Shown: one piece after another, positions 28,442-36,813 of the stretch
Layout of the letters: each line of letters starts with the position of its first letter
Numbering within the stretch: position 1 is the first letter of the stretch
NCBI GenBank assembly: GCA_031283185.1
Contig: JAITCH010000003.1
Coordinates: forward strand, 39,900 to 103,899
Length of the DNA stretch: 64,000 nt
Direction: 5' to 3'
Source of the DNA: Rickettsiales bacterium
GTDB lineage: Bacteria; Pseudomonadota; Alphaproteobacteria; Rs-D84
Notes under the pieces: model-generated
The model's database searches: none
The model's input: only the letters and a program-made list of their open reading frames with translations
Told to the model about the DNA's origin: nothing
Made by a program: the position numbers and the translations under genes

Positions 28442-29846
28442 TTGTAATCCTTTCGTTCATATAATGGTTAAGAAATTTAGCCAGGTCAATTGATGAAAAT
28501 GTATAATACCCGCCGCTTTTATAATTTTTCAAAGCATACACATAGTTCAAAAATTCATCGGACATAAGTGCAGATTGAATTTCTTTTATGTGTTTGTCAG
28601 ATATGATATAAAGTCCGCCATAAACGCCACAGCCCGCCGGGACAAAATTTACTTTCAAAGAGTTTTTATCTTTTATTAATTGATTCACTGCGATTTTATT
28701 TTTTGACACATCGCGGAGTGCTTGCGATCGCCCAAACAAATACCATTCGTTTTTATTTGTAATGGCTCGTTTTTCCAGTTTTTCACGATTTGCGGACATA
28801 TGCTCCCAAATGTATTTATTATCACGCACAGCAAATTCCGGTAATGGCGAACCATCGGTTTTATAAGGGAATATACATTTAGTCCATTTGCCAGTAGAAG
28901 ACTTTATGATTTTGATAATATTTTTATTGTCCGCAAAATCGCCGATGAAAATATCATCCGCCAAAGTTGCAAATCCGTTTTTAACCGCAATGCTTTTGTC
29001 ATTCAAATAATGTGTTTCCATATCTCGTAATTTTTGTAGCATACTGCGCGGAGCGAGATAAATTTTTCCATTTATAAACGCGTCATTAAAAGTTAAATTA
29101 TCCACAAAATTTATTTTGCCTGCACCATTATAGCGATAATAAGAAAAGTCTTTGCGGTCATCCGTCACAGCATTATCAAATAAGGAAATCATTGTATATG
29201 TGGTGGCAGGGAAAGGCTGAAAATGTTCCAAATCTATAATCCCGCGCAAATTGCGGCGATTGAATATATAATTACGAAAACTTGCGCCTGCACTGCTGTT
29301 AAGACAAGAACTTGGTGTAATCAGGCACATCTTGCCGGTAGGGGACAGCATATTTAATCCAATCTCGAAAAACACTAAATATAAATCGGTCATGCCTTCG
29401 GATGAAAAGGCGAAATTTTTCGCACCGACATCCATATTATGCACCCGGACATAGGGTGGGTTTCCAACAACAAAATCCATTTTACCAAAGTATGATTTGC
29501 CCAGTTCCAAAGCATCGCCGCAAACAATGTTCCATTGGACATTTGATAAACCGAATTCGGTCGCAACACAATCAAGATTTTCTAAACATTTTCTGTATTC
29601 TGTTGGGTCTTTTTCAATCCCATGAATATATGTTTCAAGTTCAGATTTTAATGAATCGCGCGAATAAACTTTGCAATAACGCCGGACAATTTCGCAAAGG
29701 AACGCTCCATCGCCGCAACTATTTTCCATAATATGTTTGTTGATGATTGGAAATCCATTATAGCCGATAAAATCAAGCATATCTTTTACAAGGTATGCCG
29801 GTGTAAAAACCTGACCCTCTGACTTAATTTTGGCTTTTGGGGACAT
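28413..29846 (-). CDS. N6-adenine DNA methyltransferase (gamma-class, TaqI/Eco57I-like)
   Basis: 477 aa; GQVFTPAYLVKDML, motif I ENSCGDGAFL, motif IV VVGNPPYV. Confidence 0.88.
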   Translation of the reverse strand: MSPKAKIKSEGQVFTPAYLVKDMLDFIGYNGFPIINKHIMENSCGDGAFLCEIVRRYCKVYSRDSLKSELETYIHGIEKDPTEYRKCLENLDCVATEFGLSNVQWNIVCGDALELGKSYFGKMDFVVGNPPYVRVHNMDVGAKNFAFSSEGMTDLYLVFFEIGLNMLSPTGKMCLITPSSCLNSSAGASFRNYIFNRRNLRGIIDLEHFQPFPATTYTMISLFDNAVTDDRKDFSYYRYNGAGKINFVDNLTFNDAFINGKIYLAPRSMLQKLRDMETHYLNDKSIAVKNGFATLADDIFIGDFADNKNIIKIIKSSTGKWTKCIFPYKTDGSPLPEFAVRDNKYIWEHMSANREKLEKRAITNKNEWYLFGRSQALRDVSKNKIAVNQLIKDKNSLKVNFVPAGCGVYGGLYIISDKHIKEIQSALMSDEFLNYVYALKNYKSGGYYTFSSIDLAKFLNHYMNERITNGFELVANY

Positions 29847-29976
29847 TTTTCTTTCCTCAAAGCCAATAATAGCAAAAAGGCCAAAGTCAATTCCAGCGAT
29901 TTTTATTTAATCCGTCCAATTGTGGTTTTTGCTAGACCAGTCCGTTAATTAAATTAAGATCGCTTGAAACGGGTGC

Positions 29977-30006
29977 TTGACCCGCTGGCGCGATTTCAAG
30001 TATTAT
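29977..30006 (+). promoter_or_regulatory. candidate promoter giving a leaderless mRNA
   Basis: TTGACC, 18-nt spacer, TATTAT; -10 box ends 7 nt before ATG 30014; no SD. Confidence 0.45.
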
Positions 30007-30013
30007 ATGCTTT

Positions 30014-31108
30014 ATGAGGAAGTCTATACTGATTTTCGCCGCACTTTTCACGACCGCCACGGCGCGCGCCGATTATGATAATTATCTCAGCGGCTACACT
30101 CGCCCGATGCAAGTCCAGGCGACCGCGGCGGATTTCGTTTCGCCGGAAAGTTATAATTATATGCAGCCTTATCTGAATGCGGGAATGATGCGCCAACTCA
30201 GCCCCGACAGGACGATGATGCAGAATCAGACGACTCAGTTTAAGCGCAAGGTTATGCCGCGTTCTTATAATTCGGCGGCTCGGTCGGCGGCCGCGCCGGA
30301 TGTGGCGGCGGCCTCGGCGACATTGCAGGCGCGGGGCGCGGGGTTTGACTTGCCGCAGACGGTGCAGACTACGCGCGGGTCGGTTGGCGCGGCGCGGAAT
30401 AGCACTCCGCAGGATCGGCAGATGCGGAATGGGATTCCCGGTTCGGATATGGAGGGCTTGACCCTTACGCCGCAGTGGGCAGATCCAAAGTTGGCGCGGG
30501 CGGCGGATATAAATGCGGGGATTCAGGCGGGTGGGCTTACTTCGACAGGGCGTAGGATTACGGCCAGGGGCGGACATAATACGGGCGCGGCGCGATCGGC
30601 GACTGTGCAGACCGGGGGCAGGTTGACACCTAACGCGGGCTCAGTGCCATTGGCGCAGACGACCGGGGCGTCAGAAGTATCATTGTCGCAGTGTATGGCG
30701 GATTATAAAAAATGTATGGATGGATATTGTAGCCGTCCGGCAAGCAAGTATGACAGGTGTTATTGTTCGGCCAAGTTGGCGCAATTGGACGCGAAGTTTC
30801 AGCCGCAAATAGAAATGGCGCAGAAAAAGTTGGCGGTGTTGTCGGTAAGCGGCAAAGTGGATGATTGGTCGGCGACAGATGCGGGTAATGTTTTTGATTG
30901 GGCAGGGACGGAGGCGACCATAAAGGGGCAGGAAGCATATTTAGCAGGGAATAATGTATGTAGTAAAAGGATGTATGGGTGTTATTATGCGGCGAGCCAG
31001 TTGACTAATTTGTATCGGTCGGAGATGAGTAAGAGTTGTAAGGCATATGAGAATTATTTGACTGCATTCTTGAATTCATTAGAAGCCCAAGTGGCCAACT
31101 ACTATTAA
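30014..31108 (+). CDS. secreted cysteine-motif family protein, member 1 (short form)
   Basis: 364 aa; signal MRKSILIFAALFTTATARA; Ala/Arg/Ser-rich region; CMADYKKCMDGYCSRPASKYDRCYCS at 30692-30769. Confidence 0.85.
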   Translation: MRKSILIFAALFTTATARADYDNYLSGYTRPMQVQATAADFVSPESYNYMQPYLNAGMMRQLSPDRTMMQNQTTQFKRKVMPRSYNSAARSAAAPDVAAASATLQARGAGFDLPQTVQTTRGSVGAARNSTPQDRQMRNGIPGSDMEGLTLTPQWADPKLARAADINAGIQAGGLTSTGRRITARGGHNTGAARSATVQTGGRLTPNAGSVPLAQTTGASEVSLSQCMADYKKCMDGYCSRPASKYDRCYCSAKLAQLDAKFQPQIEMAQKKLAVLSVSGKVDDWSATDAGNVFDWAGTEATIKGQEAYLAGNNVCSKRMYGCYYAASQLTNLYRSEMSKSCKAYENYLTAFLNSLEAQVANYY

Positions 31109-31127
31109 TTCCCCGACACTTCCTTCC

Positions 31128-31156
31128 GTCATCCCGGCGAAGGCCGGGATATTTTG
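31128..31156. repeat. short palindromic element, family D variant
   Basis: gtcatcccggcgaaggccgggatattttg. Confidence 0.7.
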
Positions 31157-31282
31157 TCATACGCGTCGCGTCCACCTATATATTCGCCGCACCCAACTAC
31201 CCTAACACCTCGGCATTATATAACATAGGCTAAATAGATAACATTTGCGTCATCCATATTATTAAGATATAATTTGTTTCAA

Positions 31283-32095
31283 ATGAGCAGCACCAACATC
31301 AAACTTTTCGAGAATAAAAATATTCGCACATTGTGGGATGACAAGGCGGAAAAATGGTATTTCGCAATTGTGGATATTGTTGATGCTTTAACCGATAGCA
31401 AAGATGCGCGCAACTATTGGTATGTTCTTAAAAGCCGTCTAAAATCGGAAGGTAGTGAAGTCCTTACAAATTGTAAGGGGTTGAAAATGCTTGCTCCCGA
31501 TGGGAAGATGCGCGAAACAGATGCCGCTGATACCGCTCAAATCCTTCGCATAATTCAATCAATCCCCAGTCCAAAGGCCGAGCCGTTCAAAGTATGGCTG
31601 GCGCAAGTCGGCAGTGAGAGACTAGACGAAATCGCTGATCCAGAGGTTGCGATTCATCGCGCGCTTGATTATTATCGCCGCAAGGGATATTCCGAGGGTT
31701 GGATTGTTCAGAGATTAAAATCCATTGAAATCCGAAAGGAACTTACCAACGAATGGGATCGCGGCGGTGTTCAAAAGGGCTTGGAATACGCGATGTTGAC
31801 GGATGAACTTACTAATGCTTGGGCAGGAATGACTACGCGGGAATATAAGCAGGTCAAAGACCTTAAAAAAGAATCTTTGCGGGATAATATGACCAATGCG
31901 GAATTGGTTTTGAATATGTTGGCGGAATTATCCACTACGGAAATTGCCAGACAAGAAAAGCCGCAGGGTTTGGCGGGACAGATGAGTGCAGCCAAGCGCG
32001 GTGGTGCTGTTGCCGGTATTGCGCGGAAAAAACTGGAATTGGAAACTGGCAAGCCGGTTATTACAGGCAAAAATGCAAAGTTATTGAAGAAATAA
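31283..32095 (+). CDS. Bro-N domain protein, copy 2
   Basis: 270 aa; promoter and first ~100 nt nearly identical to copy 1 at 19290. Confidence 0.8.
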   Translation: MSSTNIKLFENKNIRTLWDDKAEKWYFAIVDIVDALTDSKDARNYWYVLKSRLKSEGSEVLTNCKGLKMLAPDGKMRETDAADTAQILRIIQSIPSPKAEPFKVWLAQVGSERLDEIADPEVAIHRALDYYRRKGYSEGWIVQRLKSIEIRKELTNEWDRGGVQKGLEYAMLTDELTNAWAGMTTREYKQVKDLKKESLRDNMTNAELVLNMLAELSTTEIARQEKPQGLAGQMSAAKRGGAVAGIARKKLELETGKPVITGKNAKLLKK

Positions 32096-32197
32096 TTAGT
32101 TTCTCAGCGGTTATAGTTATAACAATAAATAGACGAATTACCATTTGTTAATCCCCTTAAAAAGTGCTATAATATATTAATAATGAAGGAGTTTCTC

Positions 32198-34438
32198 ATG
32201 CCGAGAATAATGCAATTATTCGCTGCAATAACCTTATCCGTATTCTGTTTTGCGGATGTTATCGCCGACCCAATTCAAATGGAACAGCCCCAACAGGCGA
32301 CCCAATCGTCCCCGCGTTCGCGTAGTGCGGCGGCGGCGAGCAGGGCGCGGTCTTCCAGCGGAAATGTCCAGGATTCGATTAACGCGGCAATCAGCGGACA
32401 GCCTCAACGCGAAGTCATTATAGGTTCGCGTTCTGGTCAGGCGCGGACGGCGGTGAATACGGCGCAGGTTCAGACGGCGCAGGGGCAAGGCGTGCAAACG
32501 GCAGAATCTTCGCGTGTTTCTCGCGGTCGTGCGGCTCGGCGCGCTGCGGCGCGTTCGGCGATAGCGGCACCGCAGGCCGAAGGTGCCGAGGCAGTTGCAC
32601 AGCCGCAGGCGCATAGCCGGACGGTATCGCCGCGTGCGGCGGCGGCTCGGTCTGGATTGGCGACTGGGACGGCGACCCGGACGGTATCTGCGCGGGCGAG
32701 TTTGCGTGGCAGTCCGATAGCGGCGGCGGCGAATGCGGGCAATACGGCGCGTTCTGCGGTATGGAATTATGGAAGTGCATTATCTGGGATTGTTGATGAT
32801 ACGACTGGGACATTGTCAGCGGATTCGTATAGCGAATGCTTGGACGCGTATTATTCATGTATGGATGACATATGCACGGCGCGCAGTCCGGGTATGCGTA
32901 GATGCGCTTGTTCAAATAGAACGAATGCGCATTCGGGGCTGGAAGAGCAGTTATTCACATCAAAGGAAAACATATTAAAGGTGTCTTACGAATTGCAGAT
33001 GTTGATTGCGACCAAGGGTGGAGATTTAAGCGCGGCATTCCAGTTGACTGATGCGGAATTGTCATTGAATTGCGTTTCTTATCGTGAGGCCTATGCCAAG
33101 GATCAGTCTAGCAAAAATACAACCAAAACAGAAGTTAAAAACTGGTGTGCAAATCATAGTAATGGTAATTCATCCATGATGTCCGGCGAACATTATAGTT
33201 CCTCGGCCGACTGCCTTACTCTTGGTCCTGCGGGTCCTGCATATTGTGTTCGTTTGATGGGAACATTGGGCGCGGCGACTTTGTCTGGTAGCGACAGCGA
33301 CATAATGACGCAGTTGCAGAATATCGCGTCAAGTGTGGACAGCTCAAAGTTTTTAGAGAGTAAGAATGAAGACTTTTTCAGCAGCTTGTTTTCCAACAGC
33401 AATTTATATAACGACGGCTTAGGTTTTCAATCCGAAGAAACATGCGAAATCCCGTCTACTAAGGCAAAGTGCACCAAAGGTGATAAGGATTGTATCTGTA
33501 TTAAGAGCAAGAACCAAACCGATGTGCTAGATATTTGGGGCAAGGACTTGTTTGATTTTGCACATACCAATGTGTGCAAGCGGGTTTTGGATGCTTGCTT
33601 TGCCGGAATATGCGGATGGAGTTATACGGCAGATGCCAATGATCCGACAAAACCGCTGATTCTTGCATCAAACCCTGCTGACAAGGATATTGATACAGAT
33701 TGTTGGAACAAGCAGATAAAATCTAGCATTGGCACTCGTCCTGGACAAGGTGCTGCGAGCGCGAATAAATATACGACAGCGAACGACGGATATTATGGTT
33801 TGCGTGGTCCTGTTACCCAGGCTCGGTTCAGCATAATGCAGAAATATCATTTTGATGCGAATGCGGACTGCGATGTATATGGCGAAGATCTGAAAAAGCA
33901 AACACAGAATATATCGTTGCAAATGATCGCGGCGGAACAGATGTTGAAACAGAAACGGCTTGAATTCGCGCAGGAAAGGGCAACCGTAGCAGGCAAGGAA
34001 TTATCCGATGCACGGGTAAGTTTTGTGAACTGCATAGATCAGATAACTCAGTGCTTTAACAGTCTTAAATCCACCAATGAAGATAAGCACTATGGTTGGT
34101 CGGATAATTATATAAAGACGAAATGCTCTGTGGTGTCGGAAATTCCTGCCTGTTATCAGCCGATGCTTTGCGATAGCGGTGCGGATAAATTAGTGCCAAA
34201 GGATGTTTATACTGTAACAAAAGCGGTTGCTCCGGCTACATCGGATTCGCAGCTGTTAACATCGTATAGGAATGTAGTTGGTTTGAATGACATATTATAT
34301 AGAAATAAAGAAACCAGCAATTGTACGACGGGCACTGGCGGAGTCCAAACATGCACCCAAACTCCTGGAACGATTGAAGAATGCCTTAGCAAGGAGAGCG
34401 TGATTACAGATAGCATCCGTGTTATGGGCACGATTTAA
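32198..34438 (+). CDS. secreted cysteine-motif family protein, member 2
   Basis: 746 aa from ATG 32198 (AAGGAG SD); signal peptide; ARSA-repeat region; CLDAYYSCMDDICTARSPGMRRCACS at 32837-32914. Confidence 0.85.
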   Translation: MPRIMQLFAAITLSVFCFADVIADPIQMEQPQQATQSSPRSRSAAAASRARSSSGNVQDSINAAISGQPQREVIIGSRSGQARTAVNTAQVQTAQGQGVQTAESSRVSRGRAARRAAARSAIAAPQAEGAEAVAQPQAHSRTVSPRAAAARSGLATGTATRTVSARASLRGSPIAAAANAGNTARSAVWNYGSALSGIVDDTTGTLSADSYSECLDAYYSCMDDICTARSPGMRRCACSNRTNAHSGLEEQLFTSKENILKVSYELQMLIATKGGDLSAAFQLTDAELSLNCVSYREAYAKDQSSKNTTKTEVKNWCANHSNGNSSMMSGEHYSSSADCLTLGPAGPAYCVRLMGTLGAATLSGSDSDIMTQLQNIASSVDSSKFLESKNEDFFSSLFSNSNLYNDGLGFQSEETCEIPSTKAKCTKGDKDCICIKSKNQTDVLDIWGKDLFDFAHTNVCKRVLDACFAGICGWSYTADANDPTKPLILASNPADKDIDTDCWNKQIKSSIGTRPGQGAASANKYTTANDGYYGLRGPVTQARFSIMQKYHFDANADCDVYGEDLKKQTQNISLQMIAAEQMLKQKRLEFAQERATVAGKELSDARVSFVNCIDQITQCFNSLKSTNEDKHYGWSDNYIKTKCSVVSEIPACYQPMLCDSGADKLVPKDVYTVTKAVAPATSDSQLLTSYRNVVGLNDILYRNKETSNCTTGTGGVQTCTQTPGTIEECLSKESVITDSIRVMGTI

Positions 34439-34467
34439 GATTGTGGCGAGGGTTGAGTGGATAATTA

Positions 34468-36804
34468 ATGAATGAAAAAAAGTTAATTTTAATTAGTCTT
34501 ATATTCTGCCTCCCGCTAGCAATGGCGGGAGCGGACACAGATGCTAATACTGCTCGCGCCGCCGCCACCAAACAGCAAATCATCAACACTCAGATAAAGC
34601 CTCGCCCGGTCGCGGACGATAAAGTCCCCTTCGCTGGCGAAGGGGTGGACGGCAAAGCCGGACGGGGTAGTGGTAATAATGCGTCATCTCGCACAGCATC
34701 CGCAACTCCATCAACCACCCAATCCCGCACTGCCGTCCAAACGGCCACCGCACCTGCGCCGACCACAGATGCCGCGCGTTCCGTCCAAACGCGGCGCACT
34801 ACAACTGCGGCAACTGAACCGGCCGTGCGTTCCGATGCTGCCCGTGGAACGCGGAGTGTTGCTGACGAAATTTCCGAACGCGTGCCGGTATCTGCTCGTT
34901 CTGCATCTACTTCGCCGCGCCGTGGCGATACTGGCACGGGTCGTCAATCGGTCGCCGCAAGCGGCGGTCGCGCGATTGTATCGCGGACTGGCGAATATAC
35001 GACTTCCAACTTTGATGTGCGTTCGTCTTCGCATCGTTCTGCCCGCGCTCGCGCGGCGGTGGACGAAGACGCGCCCGTTTCCAATTCTGCCGTGGACAGC
35101 ATTATGAAGGATGCTGCGTTAACATCTTGCGCCGCGCGTTATGAAGAATGTATGGATCAGTTTTGCGATGTTGTGGATGACAATCAGAAACGCTGTTCTT
35201 GTTCCGGCAATTTGCAAAACTTCAAGGATGCGGAAGACCAGTTGAAAAAGGCGAATCAGAATCTGAATACGGTCGCGCAGAATATCCGCTATGTTGGATT
35301 GTCCGCCGAAGAAATTTATGCTTTGTTTAACGAGACCGAGGCGGAGCAAGCAATGCGCGGTGTGAATGATATTTCGCAGACGCGGAGTTTGTTGGAAGAG
35401 ATTGAAAAAATCATTGCTGGCGCAACCGACGACCTTAACAGCAAGGGCGCGCAGAAACTGGGTGGTGGCGTGAATATGTTTGACCTTGCGTTGGACGGGA
35501 ATGCGATGGATATGGACGCGTTGTTTGGAACTGGCAGTGCGAATAATATGTCGAATCTTCGCGGGACATCGCTGAAAAATGCGGCGGCGAAGAAATGCCA
35601 GAACATAGTGAATGATTGCAAAAAGGAAGGGGTCAAGGCGGATCAGTTGACTGCGAATTATGATCTGAAAATTGATAAGTCTTGTTTGGAATATGAAAAG
35701 ACGCTGACCAAGATGAATGATTCTGTTACGAATAATATCCGCTCTGCGAATACTATGTTGCAGAAAGCGCGGCTTGCGGTGTTAGAGAGTCAGAATGAAT
35801 ATGACTTCAAGGGTTGCGTGCAAATGATTGATAATTGCATTTTGGAAGATACTTCATGCGGCAAGAATTATATTAAATGCCTTGATCCAACGCGCAACTT
35901 CTTGGACGAAACAGGCAAGGTTATACTTGGTGGAAATCTACCTATGATTAAATACGCGTTCTCTAAATGTTCCGCGTCAACCGATTCTAGTTTATGTAGT
36001 AAAATTTGTATAACATCAACCGGGGCGAGTTGCACCGAAGGCGTAAATGGTTGCACTTGTAATAGCACATACACAGATATGAAATCTATGGTTGACGATG
36101 GTAGTAATAAGGTTGCGAATCTTCTAATGCAGAAAATCGGCAATGATCCTAAGGCTGGTGGTATGTGTATAGATGTGGTAAAAAGTTGCAGGCGGTTGAC
36201 TTATAAAGACGGCGCATATAATCCTGCGAATGAAGTTGTGCGTGAATATAAATTGCGCGCCGTTAGTCAGATGAAATCTGCGGCGGCCAAGGTGGTTTCG
36301 GATTACGCGAATAAATGTCTGACGGATGTTGGAACTTGTTATAGTAATCAGATGACCAATATATCTGCCTGGACATCGGTATATGCTGGGGTAAGTGCCG
36401 AGAATGTAAAGAATGTAATGCTTGGGGCTTGTCGCACGGTTTCATATACTTGTTCATCTGCGATATTCGAGGCTGATATAGTATCTTGCCCGCGCCCGCC
36501 GGTTTGGCCGGAAACTGCTTCGGTGCCATCAACTACGCAAGAGGATAAATGTATAGATAGTCTTTCCAAGTTGTTCTACAACTCACTTCTTTGCGGACCC
36601 AATATGGAATATAAACAGGTTACGGACAGATACTCGACCGATAGTCCGAAGAAAAAGGAATATAAATGTGTTTGCCAGTTTGGATATGAAAGTGTGGGCG
36701 GAGTATGCCGTCTATGTCCGAATGGCGCGGATGCTGCGGTCAATATGGAGGCTGGTTCCGATTATATACTTTACGGCGAAACGAAATGCAAACCAACGCC
36801 ATAG
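34468..36804 (+). CDS. secreted cysteine-motif family protein, member 3
   Basis: 778 aa; signal MNEKKLILISLIFCLPLAMAGA; CAARYEECMDQFCDVVDDNQKRCSCS at 35128-35205; second motif GCVQMIDNCILEDTSCGKNYIKC. Confidence 0.88.
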   Translation: MNEKKLILISLIFCLPLAMAGADTDANTARAAATKQQIINTQIKPRPVADDKVPFAGEGVDGKAGRGSGNNASSRTASATPSTTQSRTAVQTATAPAPTTDAARSVQTRRTTTAATEPAVRSDAARGTRSVADEISERVPVSARSASTSPRRGDTGTGRQSVAASGGRAIVSRTGEYTTSNFDVRSSSHRSARARAAVDEDAPVSNSAVDSIMKDAALTSCAARYEECMDQFCDVVDDNQKRCSCSGNLQNFKDAEDQLKKANQNLNTVAQNIRYVGLSAEEIYALFNETEAEQAMRGVNDISQTRSLLEEIEKIIAGATDDLNSKGAQKLGGGVNMFDLALDGNAMDMDALFGTGSANNMSNLRGTSLKNAAAKKCQNIVNDCKKEGVKADQLTANYDLKIDKSCLEYEKTLTKMNDSVTNNIRSANTMLQKARLAVLESQNEYDFKGCVQMIDNCILEDTSCGKNYIKCLDPTRNFLDETGKVILGGNLPMIKYAFSKCSASTDSSLCSKICITSTGASCTEGVNGCTCNSTYTDMKSMVDDGSNKVANLLMQKIGNDPKAGGMCIDVVKSCRRLTYKDGAYNPANEVVREYKLRAVSQMKSAAAKVVSDYANKCLTDVGTCYSNQMTNISAWTSVYAGVSAENVKNVMLGACRTVSYTCSSAIFEADIVSCPRPPVWPETASVPSTTQEDKCIDSLSKLFYNSLLCGPNMEYKQVTDRYSTDSPKKKEYKCVCQFGYESVGGVCRLCPNGADAAVNMEAGSDYILYGETKCKPTP
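34624..34677. repeat. family B palindromic element inserted in-frame in member 3
   Basis: gtccccttcgctggcgaaggggtggacggcaaagccggacggggtagtggtaat, translated VPFAGEGVDGKAGRGSGN; same element is intergenic at 45723, 49491, 50781, 56798. Confidence 0.85.
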
Positions 36805-36813
36805 AGAAACAAA

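Noticed and set aside
27591-29990. Calling the tRNA-Pro-adjacent R-M pair an integrated mobile element
   Set aside because: No integrase or recombinase gene and no direct repeat of the tRNA 3' end could be found in the flanks. It is reported only as an AT-rich islet.
29996-35107. Arg/Pro-rich ORFs antisense or out of frame in the N-terminal regions of the cysteine-family genes (29996-30577 -, 32234-32614 -, 32418-32915 -, 32470-32742 -, 34590-34937 -, 34670-35107 +, 34711-35034 -)
   Set aside because: GC-rich, stop-poor low-complexity DNA keeps several frames open. Only the annotated frame has a signal peptide and continues into the conserved Cys motif.
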